Below, piece after piece: positions 56,504 to 64,000 of a stretch of DNA of 64,000 bases. The notes beneath the pieces are model-generated. The model worked only from the letters and a program-made list of their open reading frames with translations, ran no database searches and was not told the DNA's origin. The DNA is taken from NCBI GenBank assembly GCA_050733935.1, contig JBOHUC010000016.1, positions 6,088 through 70,087 on the forward strand, written 5' to 3'. This DNA comes from Candidatus Eiseniibacteriota bacterium. GTDB taxonomy: Bacteria > Eisenbacteria > RBG-16-71-46 > DASYSL01. Position numbers and translations under genes: made by a program. The stretch's first letter is position 1. Each line of letters opens with the position of its first letter.

Positions 56504-58210
56504 ATGCCCCGAACCGGAAAGAGCAAGCGATCGACGAAGCAGGGCGAGCCCGCAGGGCGAGCGCCCCGGCCACCCCGGCAACCCGGACCTCTCCGGTGGT
56601 TCGTGTTCATGGGGGTCGCCGCACTCCTCTGCGGGATCTACCGCGCGTTCACGCCGGCCGTCTCCGATTTCGGCGACAGCAGCGAGTTGACGCTCGTCCT
56701 TGCGCGAAACGGCATCGCGCATCCGACCGGGTATCCGCTCTACGTCCTGTTCGGGCACGTGTTCGTGCGGCTCGTGCACGCACTCGGCGCGAGCTGGCCG
56801 GAAGCCGCGTCCCTGTGGAGCACTCTCGGCGCGGGAGTCGCGCTCGTGTTCCTCGCGCTCTCGGCCTGGACTCTCACGCGCGTCACCCTCCCCGACGCCG
56901 GCCGAGAGGTGCGCGCGATCGCCGCGGCCGTGCCCGCGGTCGCGTTCGGGCTCCATCCCGTCTGGGTCCTCGAGGCGACGCACGCCGAGGTCTACACGTG
57001 GCACGTCGCGTGGGCGCTCCTCGCGACCTGGTTCTTCCTTCGTGTCGTGACGCGTGAGCGTCCGGAAAACCGTGATCTCTGGGAGCCATTCGTGGCGGGG
57101 CTCGTTGCGGGAGCCGGACTGGCGCATCATCGGACGTCCTTGCTTCTTCTCGGACCGCTCGCGGTCGTTGGATTCGTCCTCGCGCTCCGCAGGTTCGGCC
57201 TGAGGCGGACGGGCGTCCTTGTCGCCGTGGCTCTCCTCGGGGCGATCGTGCCGCTTGCGGGCTACGGCTCCATCGCCTATCGCGCGTTCCATCCGGCCGA
57301 AGTGCAGTGGCCGGTGCTGGGCCCAAACTGGTCCGACATCTTCGCGCACGTGAACGGCCGCGAGTTCCTCCATTACCTCGGGCGGTTCGCCCCCGATCCC
57401 GACACAAAGGATCTGCTCGAGCGCTGGGTCTTTCCGGCCGTCGCGGTCGGGCTCCTTGCGCTCATCGGCTCCGCCCTGCTCGCGAAACGCGCCGGCCAGT
57501 GCGCGAGCGCACCCCTTGCGATCGGAGCGATCGCGTTTGCGACCGCACTTTCGGCCGGGCTCTCGTTCGCCTACGGGGTTCCGGATCCGGGGACGTATTT
57601 CTTGATGCCGATGGCCCTCGGCGCAGCCGGCATGGCCCCCCTCGTCCTCATCGGGCTCACGGGGGAGCGCGGCCGGCGGGCGGTCACCGCGAGTGTTGCG
57701 AGCATGACGTTCGGCGTGCTCCTTGCGGCCGTGATCGCGGCGCTCTGTCTCACGTCCCTGCAAATGGCCGGGGAACGGCTCAGGGTGGTGACCGCGAACG
57801 ACCGGATCGTGCGCGAGATGTGGGAGGCGATCCCCGGGGACTCGGCGATCGTCCTGTGGCCGTGGGACGCGTACACGAAGCTCAGGGAGTATCAAGTGTT
57901 CGCCGGAGAGAAGCCGGCGCTCTACGTCGCGAACCCCGCGCTCCTCGGATACCCGAACGCGCGGCGCGCGTTTCGTGAGCGCTTCGGGGCCGACCCGATC
58001 GCGGGCCTCGAGAACCCGCGCATTCGCGCGGGAAGCGCCGAAGAGGAATCGCGGCTCGATGCGCTCTACATGGACATCGCACGCAACGTGAGCGCGCAGA
58101 CGCCGCTGCCTGTCATCTACATGGATCCGGGCGCCGGCATCCTGCGCCGGCTCGCAAAACCTGCAGCACCGCCACCTGCTGCGCAGCAACCTGCCGTACC
58201 GCCCCGCTAG
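56504..58210 (+). CDS. DUF2723-family polytopic membrane protein (glycosyltransferase-like, TMEM260-type)
   Basis: FGDSSELTLVLARNGIAHPTGYPLYVLFG signature and multiple TM helices. The C-terminal codons overlap the dispersed 21-mer repeat. Confidence 0.65.
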   Translation: MPRTGKSKRSTKQGEPAGRAPRPPRQPGPLRWFVFMGVAALLCGIYRAFTPAVSDFGDSSELTLVLARNGIAHPTGYPLYVLFGHVFVRLVHALGASWPEAASLWSTLGAGVALVFLALSAWTLTRVTLPDAGREVRAIAAAVPAVAFGLHPVWVLEATHAEVYTWHVAWALLATWFFLRVVTRERPENRDLWEPFVAGLVAGAGLAHHRTSLLLLGPLAVVGFVLALRRFGLRRTGVLVAVALLGAIVPLAGYGSIAYRAFHPAEVQWPVLGPNWSDIFAHVNGREFLHYLGRFAPDPDTKDLLERWVFPAVAVGLLALIGSALLAKRAGQCASAPLAIGAIAFATALSAGLSFAYGVPDPGTYFLMPMALGAAGMAPLVLIGLTGERGRRAVTASVASMTFGVLLAAVIAALCLTSLQMAGERLRVVTANDRIVREMWEAIPGDSAIVLWPWDAYTKLREYQVFAGEKPALYVANPALLGYPNARRAFRERFGADPIAGLENPRIRAGSAEEESRLDALYMDIARNVSAQTPLPVIYMDPGAGILRRLAKPAAPPPAAQQPAVPPR

Positions 58211-59560
58211 TTCGCGACGCGAGGCGCCGGCCAGACGTCGCTGCCGACCTTCCAGTCGAGGCGTTCGATTCGCTTGTCCGGACCGGGCACCGGCCGCACC
58301 TCCCCGTAATCGCGAAGCGAGAAGAACGTCGAGTCCGACATCGGAACGAGAATCCACTCGTTCGCGGCGAGCACGCCGTCGCGTGCGCGCACGTCGAGTC
58401 GCGTGCCGTTTCCGAGCTGGTACACGCCCTCGTAGCCCTTGAGCGTGGCCTCCGGAACGCGCGCGCGACCCGCGCGGGGATCGAGTGCAATTGCCGGCAG
58501 GTTCGTCGGCGGTGGCGCTTCCCCCTTCACGATCGCGGGAATGGCCTGCCGCATGAGGTCGTTCGCGCCGGAGTGCACGTTGCCGCAGAACGCGACCGCG
58601 ACTCCGGTCGCGCTGTCGTAGTCCGCGAACGCGCGGTAGCCGTTCGTGCTCCCGTTCCAGTTGAGCTTCCCCGAGCGAACGAACGATTGTCTCGGCCCCT
58701 CGCCCATCTTTCCCTCGACGACGGCCCGCGTGAGCGTGTGGAGATCGCGCGCATTCGAGAACACGGAGCCGGCGCCGACCAGGAACGTGAGGTCCTTGGG
58801 CGGAGCGTTCTCGATCCCGCGAAGGCCGGGAACGTAGCTCGGAGCGCGTCCCGGAAGGATCTCGCCGGCGGTGGGATTCGACGTGTGGGCGAGGTCGAGC
58901 TTCGCGAACACGCGCTCGCGCACGAGGGTCGAGTAATCCTGGCCGCTCGCAAGCTCGAGCACGCGCGCGAGGACTGCGTACCCGCCCGAGCTGTACGTTC
59001 CGCTCGTTCCGGGCTCGAACAGGAACGTGGCCTTCTTCGCGAGCTCGACCATGTCGGCCGCCGTGCGAGGGGTCGACTCGTTGGTGTCATCGGTCATGCG
59101 GTGGGGAATGCCGGCCCGGTGGCGAAGGAGCATCTCGACCGTGATGCGGTCCCCGTAGGGGAATCCGGATCCACTTCCCGATCGTGTCCGCCATCGCGAG
59201 CTTCCCCTCCTGGATGAGCTCGGTCGCGACGATGATCGTGATCGGTTTCGTAATCGAGGCGATGCAGAAGCGCGTGTCCGGCGTCACGGGCACGGCGAGC
59301 TCGCGATCCGCGAGCCCGTAGCAACGGTCGATCAGGATCTTTCCGTTCTGGGAGACCACGACCTGGCCCGCGAGGTGACCCGCGTCCACGAACGGCTTCA
59401 CGTACGCATCGAGGGCGGCGGACGCCTTCGATGCGCCGGGACCGGTTGCCGCCGCGGGATCGGTCGAAACAGCGCACAATGCGAACGACAGCGGTTCGAC
59501 CGCGAGCAGGATGGATGCAGCCCACGCCGCGATCGCGGCGCGGGGAGTCGACAAAGGCAT
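58207..59560 (-). pseudogene. Beta-lactamase-family serine hydrolase interrupted by a +1 frameshift near 59130-59150
   Basis: N-terminal part (59087-59560) has a signal peptide and the SITK (S-x-x-K) motif. The C-terminal part (58207-59133) runs in another frame. Removing one nucleotide in ATCCGGATTCCCC restores ...DTIGKWIRFPYGDRITVEMLLRHRAGIP. Confidence 0.55.
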
Positions 59561-59650
59561 GACGAGGGCCCTCCTCGCGCGTTGAGATGGAGATTCCCCC
59601 GGCAGGGTTGGAGCGCGCTCCGCTGGACAACCCGGGCTCCGTCTCTCACG

Positions 59651-60109
59651 ATGAAGACCGTCCCGGAGTGCCTGCCCGTGCCCGATCCTGCCGTTCGACT
59701 TCTGTTCGTGTGCACCGAGAACTCGAACCGGTCGCAAATGGCCGAGGGATTCGCACGCGCCCTCGGGGGTGCGGCGGTTCACGCCGAAAGCGCCGGATCC
59801 CGTCCATCGGGCAGCGTGAACCCGCGTGCGATCCAGTTCATGGCGGAACGTGACATCGATCTGACAGGTCATCGCTCGAAGGGCCTGGACGACGTGGCCA
59901 CCGGAGCCTCCTGGGACGCCGTCGTGACCATGGGTTGTGGGGATGCGTGCCCGCACGTTCCCGCGCGACTCAGGGAGGATTGGGATCTCCCGGATCCGAA
60001 GTCGCTCGACGACGACGGTTTCCGCGGCGTTCGCGACGACATCGCGCGCCGCGTGCGCACGCTGCTGGGCCGGCTCGGCGTTCCTCCGCTCACACGGGCG
60101 GGCGAATGA
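59651..60109 (+). CDS. arsC: Arsenate reductase, LMW-PTP type (thioredoxin-coupled)
   Basis: LFVCTENSNRSQMAEG CX5R P-loop and the downstream Cys pair region. Confidence 0.75.
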   Translation: MKTVPECLPVPDPAVRLLFVCTENSNRSQMAEGFARALGGAAVHAESAGSRPSGSVNPRAIQFMAERDIDLTGHRSKGLDDVATGASWDAVVTMGCGDACPHVPARLREDWDLPDPKSLDDDGFRGVRDDIARRVRTLLGRLGVPPLTRAGE

Positions 60110-60671
60110 TCCGTGCGATCACGAGTCCGCCCAGGAACCAGCCCACCGTCTGATCGATCAGGGCCGCGCACGTGTAGGTATCCGGGAAGCCGTACCAGTT
60201 CCAGTGCGAGAGATCGATCACGATGAACGCGAACACGCCGAGCATCGTCACGAACAGAACCCGCACGGAGTACTTCGGGATCGCGGCGGCGGCAAGGAAG
60301 AGAAGCATGGCCGCGATCGCAGCGGCGAGGATGTTGGTCACGAGCTCGACCACGAACTGAGAGGGCGACATCGGCTGGCGGTTGGCCGGTGCGATCACGA
60401 GGATCCCGGTCGGTCCGAGACGGTAGCGATCGGACCAGTCCTTCATGGCCGCTTCTTCCTGCTCCTTCGTGCGTTCAACCTTCTGGTCGTAGCCCGGAAA
60501 GAAATAGAGCCCGGGGCCGGGCACGTGCGTGCGGAGCGCGTTCATCATCGCGGGCTCATCCGGAATCGTTCGGATGCCGGCCTCCCCGAGCGGAAGGACC
60601 ATGTGCGAAATCGCACTCCACCCGAACACGACCAGTCCTCCGAGGAGGCCGGCGAGAAGGATTCGTTTCAT
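60090..60671 (-). CDS. Membrane protein, hypothetical
   Basis: Signal peptide/TM MKRILLAGLLGGLVVFGW and two C-terminal TM segments. Confidence 0.45.
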   Translation of the reverse strand: MKRILLAGLLGGLVVFGWSAISHMVLPLGEAGIRTIPDEPAMMNALRTHVPGPGLYFFPGYDQKVERTKEQEEAAMKDWSDRYRLGPTGILVIAPANRQPMSPSQFVVELVTNILAAAIAAMLLFLAAAAIPKYSVRVLFVTMLGVFAFIVIDLSHWNWYGFPDTYTCAALIDQTVGWFLGGLVIARIIRPPV

Positions 60672-60695
60672 CCCCCGCTCCTTTCCGCGCGTACC

Positions 60696-62309
60696 TCAGC
60701 GCGCGATCACGATCCGCGTGACACTCGACTGCCCCCGCCACCGAAGCTGTGCGAAGTAGAGCCCCGGCGGAACCTGGTTCCCGCGATCCGCCCGACCGTC
60801 CCACGCGACGTCGTGGCGGCCCGCCGGGCGCTCACCCTGCACGAGCGTCGTCACGAGCCTCCCGTCGACGGCGAGGACGCGGAGCTCCGCCCGCCCCGCT
60901 TGCGGGAGCGTGAACGCGATCCGGGCCGCTCCGGCGACCGGATTCGGCGAAACGCTCGGCGGCGCGAGCGCGAGCCGCGAATCGCCAAGCTTCGGCGACG
61001 GTTCGTCGGCCGACACGACTTCGGGAGCGAGCTCGGCGAGGAGCCGCGAGGCCGTGGCCGGTGAGATGAACACGTGCTCCTCGTTCGTGTCCGCCCAGTA
61101 GACCGCGTCGAACGGCGAGCCTCCCGCCGGATCCGGGAGGGCCGAGACGTCGAGAAAGAGATCCGAGTCGTCGAGATCGAGCGCGCTCACGGTCGGGATG
61201 AAGCAGTGCGCATCGTGCAGCGCCACGATGTCGCCAAACGGGGCCACCGTCGCGTCGAGCTGCGCGAGAGAAGCACGCCATCCTCCCGGCGCGTTGTCGT
61301 AGGGCTTCGTACCCGACACGGTCACGACCCGCGTCTGGTCCGTGACGAGAAAGATGCGGAGGCGGCCGTTGAAGACCGTCCCGGAGCCCCCGTCGGGGAG
61401 GGCCCAGATGTCGCCGCGGATCGTGGTCAGGAGATTCGAGAAGTTGTAATCCACGAGCTGGGCGCCCGCCGCGTAGCCCTGACCGAGCGCGTTCCCAGCC
61501 CCGTTCGCGAACGCGACGCGACGCGGCTGCGCCGGATAGCCGCCGAGGAGCGCGAGCTCGCTCTGGAACGTTGCGCGCAAGGGATCCGCGGCGGCGGTCG
61601 AGCCGCTCGTGCTGCCGAACTGGTAGACGAGCATCTGGCGGGCGGCCGGACGGTTCAGGATGTCGCGGAAGAGTGCCGCGTCCGCGGATTGACTGGCGAA
61701 GAACTCGACCCAGTGCTGGAGACCGAGCGGAATGTTCGCGCCGCGTTGCGGCGCGTCGAACGAAACGAACGTGCGCACGCGGTGCGGGATCGCATTCGAC
61801 TCGAGCCACGTGAGACCGTAACGGGCCACGAGGCCGCCCATGCTCGCACCGACCACGAGCACGGTCTGCTCCGGGGCGATCGCCTCCTCGACCTGACGCA
61901 GGAGCGCGGTGAACACGAACGCGTTTCGCTGCAGGTAATCGGTTGCGTCCGTGAAGTCGAGCACGACCGCGTCGAAACCGCGCGTGCCGAGGCTCTCGAC
62001 GAGCCCCTCCTGGTTGAGCTGCGTGTAGAGCTCGTCCCAGTCCATGGTGTTCTCGAGATCGAAGCCTTCGATCACGAGGACCGGGTTCTCGAGCGCCGCA
62101 TGCCCCGGCGCGAGCAGGACGAAGCCACGGCCCGTGCCGGTCGCGCCCAGGTAAGGCACGGTCGCCGTCACTTCGATCGTGTCCTGCGGAGTGGGAACGG
62201 AACCGCCCGCGACGCGATGCGAGGACCACGGACCGGCCACGGCCGCCGACGTGGTCGTCATGAGCACGATGGAGAGCAGAAGGATTCGGGCGGGTGTCAC
62301 GGAGCGCAT
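60696..62309 (-). CDS. Secreted lipase/esterase (alpha/beta hydrolase) with a T9SS-type/FlgD-Ig-like C-terminal domain
   Basis: Start trimmed to MRSVTPARILLLSIVLMTTTSAAVAGP. GASMGG nucleophile elbow. C-terminus PGLYFAQLRWRGQSSVTRIVIAR. Confidence 0.7.
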   Translation of the reverse strand: MRSVTPARILLLSIVLMTTTSAAVAGPWSSHRVAGGSVPTPQDTIEVTATVPYLGATGTGRGFVLLAPGHAALENPVLVIEGFDLENTMDWDELYTQLNQEGLVESLGTRGFDAVVLDFTDATDYLQRNAFVFTALLRQVEEAIAPEQTVLVVGASMGGLVARYGLTWLESNAIPHRVRTFVSFDAPQRGANIPLGLQHWVEFFASQSADAALFRDILNRPAARQMLVYQFGSTSGSTAAADPLRATFQSELALLGGYPAQPRRVAFANGAGNALGQGYAAGAQLVDYNFSNLLTTIRGDIWALPDGGSGTVFNGRLRIFLVTDQTRVVTVSGTKPYDNAPGGWRASLAQLDATVAPFGDIVALHDAHCFIPTVSALDLDDSDLFLDVSALPDPAGGSPFDAVYWADTNEEHVFISPATASRLLAELAPEVVSADEPSPKLGDSRLALAPPSVSPNPVAGAARIAFTLPQAGRAELRVLAVDGRLVTTLVQGERPAGRHDVAWDGRADRGNQVPPGLYFAQLRWRGQSSVTRIVIAR

Positions 62310-62407
62310 GGCGAAGCAGGATACCACGCCCGACTTGAAGGGGTACGGGCGTGGCCGGTACACTCCTTGTGCCCTGCCGATCGTTGCCGTCATCCGCGGA
62401 GGATCCG

Positions 62408-64000
62408 ATGAGCGGAACCACGACCCAGGCTGCCGGCCGCATCGCGCCGGTGAGCCTCGATGCGCTGCCCCCGTACGCACCCACGGCCTACGTCGACTTC
62501 TCGCAGCCCGAGCACCGCGCGGCCTTCGAGAAGGCGCTCGCCGATGTCAAAGCACAGCTCGGCCGCGAATACGAACTCGTGATCGGAGGCAAGCGTGAGA
62601 AGGGCCAGGGCACGTTCGAGAGCCTGAACCCCGCCCGTCCGAGCGAAGTCGTGGGCCGCTTCCAGTCGGGAACGAAGGAGCAGGCCGAGCGCGCGATCGA
62701 GACCGCACACGCGGCGTTCGCCACGTGGTCGCGCGTTCCAGCCGCCGAGCGTGCGGCGTATCTCGTCGAAGCCGCGCGCCGCATGCGCGAGCGGCGCCAT
62801 ACGTTCAGCGCGTGGATGGTCTACGAGGTCGGAAAGTCCTGGGCGGAGGCCGATGCGGACACCGCCGAGGCCATCGACTTCCTCGAGTTCTACGCGCGCG
62901 AGATGCTGCGCTACGACCAGCCCGTGCCGCTCACGCAGCTTCCCGGGGAAAGGGACGCGCAAGTCTATTTGCCGCTCGGCGTGGGGGCGATCGTTCCGCC
63001 GTGGAACTTCCCGCTCGCGATTGCGGCCGGGATGTCGAGTGCCGCGATCGTCACCGGAAACACCGTCGCGATGAAACCGTCGAGTGATTCCCCGGCGATC
63101 GCCTGGCAATTCTTCGCACTCCTGGAGGAAGTCGGGCTTCCGCCGGGAGTGTTCAACTTCGTCACCGGCGGCGGCGGCACGGTCGGCGACGCGCTCGTGC
63201 GTCATCCGAAGACGCGCTTCGTCTCGTTCACCGGATCGAAGGCCGTCGGCATCGGGATCAACAGGCTCGCGGCCGAGGTCCAGCCCGGACAAATCTGGCT
63301 CAAGCGCGTGGTCGCCGAGATGGGCGGAAAGGACGCGATCATCGTGGACGAGGAGGCGGATCTCGAGGCCGCCGTCGAGGGCGTCGCGGTTTCCGCGTTC
63401 GGATTCCAGGGACAGAAGTGCTCGGCGTGCTCGCGCGCGATCGTTTCGCAAAAGCTGTATCCCCAGTTTCTCGAGAAGCTCAAGGCACGGGTCGAAAAGA
63501 TCACGGTCGGGGAGCCCGATCACTACGGCACGTACCTGGGACCGGTCGTGAACCAGAAGGCGCGCGACACGATCCTCTCCTACATCGAGTCGGGCAAGAA
63601 GGAAGGAAGGCTCCTCACGGGAGGCGGCGCCGTCGCGGGCCAGGACGGCTACTTCATCCAGCCGACGGTGATCGCGGACTTGAAGCCGAACGCGAAGATC
63701 GCCCAGGAGGAGATCTTTGGCCCCGTGCTCGCCGTCATTCCCGTGTCCGACTTCGACGAGGCGCTCAAGGTCGCGAACGGAACCGAGTACGGGCTCACCG
63801 GAGCGGTCTACACGAAGAACAAGGACAAGATCGAGCGCGCGAAGCGCGAGTTCTTCGTCGGCAACCTCTACATCAACCGGAAGTGCACGGGTGCCATCGT
63901 CGGCGCCCATCCATTCGGCGGCTTCAACATGAGCGGCACGGACTCGAAGGCCGGCGGGCGCGACTACCTGCTGCTGTTCCTGCAGGCCAAGAGCATCGCG
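62408..64000 (+). CDS. pruA: 1-pyrroline-5-carboxylate (L-glutamate gamma-semialdehyde) dehydrogenase. The C-terminus runs off the window.
   Basis: GGAGGA SD. Aldehyde dehydrogenase motifs MKPSSDSP, FTGS, EMGGKDA, FGFQGQKCSACSR. The frame is open to the window end. Confidence 0.85.
   Translation, partial: MSGTTTQAAGRIAPVSLDALPPYAPTAYVDFSQPEHRAAFEKALADVKAQLGREYELVIGGKREKGQGTFESLNPARPSEVVGRFQSGTKEQAERAIETAHAAFATWSRVPAAERAAYLVEAARRMRERRHTFSAWMVYEVGKSWAEADADTAEAIDFLEFYAREMLRYDQPVPLTQLPGERDAQVYLPLGVGAIVPPWNFPLAIAAGMSSAAIVTGNTVAMKPSSDSPAIAWQFFALLEEVGLPPGVFNFVTGGGGTVGDALVRHPKTRFVSFTGSKAVGIGINRLAAEVQPGQIWLKRVVAEMGGKDAIIVDEEADLEAAVEGVAVSAFGFQGQKCSACSRAIVSQKLYPQFLEKLKARVEKITVGEPDHYGTYLGPVVNQKARDTILSYIESGKKEGRLLTGGGAVAGQDGYFIQPTVIADLKPNAKIAQEEIFGPVLAVIPVSDFDEALKVANGTEYGLTGAVYTKNKDKIERAKREFFVGNLYINRKCTGAIVGAHPFGGFNMSGTDSKAGGRDYLLLFLQAKSIA

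Noticed and set aside
1-64000. CRISPR arrays, integrases/transposases, phage genes, toxin-antitoxin pairs
   Set aside because: Looked for direct-repeat/spacer periodicity and mobile-element hallmarks. None seen. The only repeats are the REP-like 21-mer cluster and the tandem gene duplication.

Overview
A 64-kb, about 70% GC chromosomal segment, gene-dense on both strands, with frequent 4-nt ATGA/GTGA stop-start overlaps. The organism is unknown; T9SS-type C-terminal domains (CTDs) and sigma-54 regulators suggest an FCB-group or Gemmatimonadota-like bacterium. Housekeeping content includes a nucleoside-catabolism block (pdp-deoC-cdd, alr, mazG), mutM, hisA, an alaX-type editing protein, rlmI, agmatinase, tRNA-Asp, moaC-moeA, etfBA and a complex-I cluster with an atypical gene set (nuoA-E-F-H-J-K-L-M-N, lacking B/C/D/G/I). 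Accessory content: (i) an apparent peptidoglycan (anhydro-MurNAc) recycling operon that couples a SpoIID-like lytic enzyme, a sugar ABC importer, AnmK and MurQ. (ii) At least four otherwise unrelated secreted proteins ending in a short conserved tail (roughly P-x4-[SM]-[WM]-G-[AK]-[IV]-K-[AS]-x-Y-(H)-R at the C-terminus). These are separate from two proteins carrying classical T9SS/FlgD-Ig C-terminal domains, which makes this tail a candidate undescribed C-terminal sorting or anchoring tag. It is the most interesting signal in the window. (iii) Two tandem PPC-domain/beta-propeller paralogs with duplicated leaders, and a large T9SS-tailed protein with three internal repeats homologous to one of the tagged proteins. 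(iv) Two sigma-54 activators, one within a two-component system that includes a family-5 SBP. (v) A frameshifted beta-lactamase-family gene, a low-GC islet encoding a small secreted protein, a D/E-rich mini-protein next to tRNA-Asp, and a dispersed palindromic 21-mer repeat. Many long R/H/E-rich ORFs in the six-frame track are antisense artefacts of real genes and were discarded.
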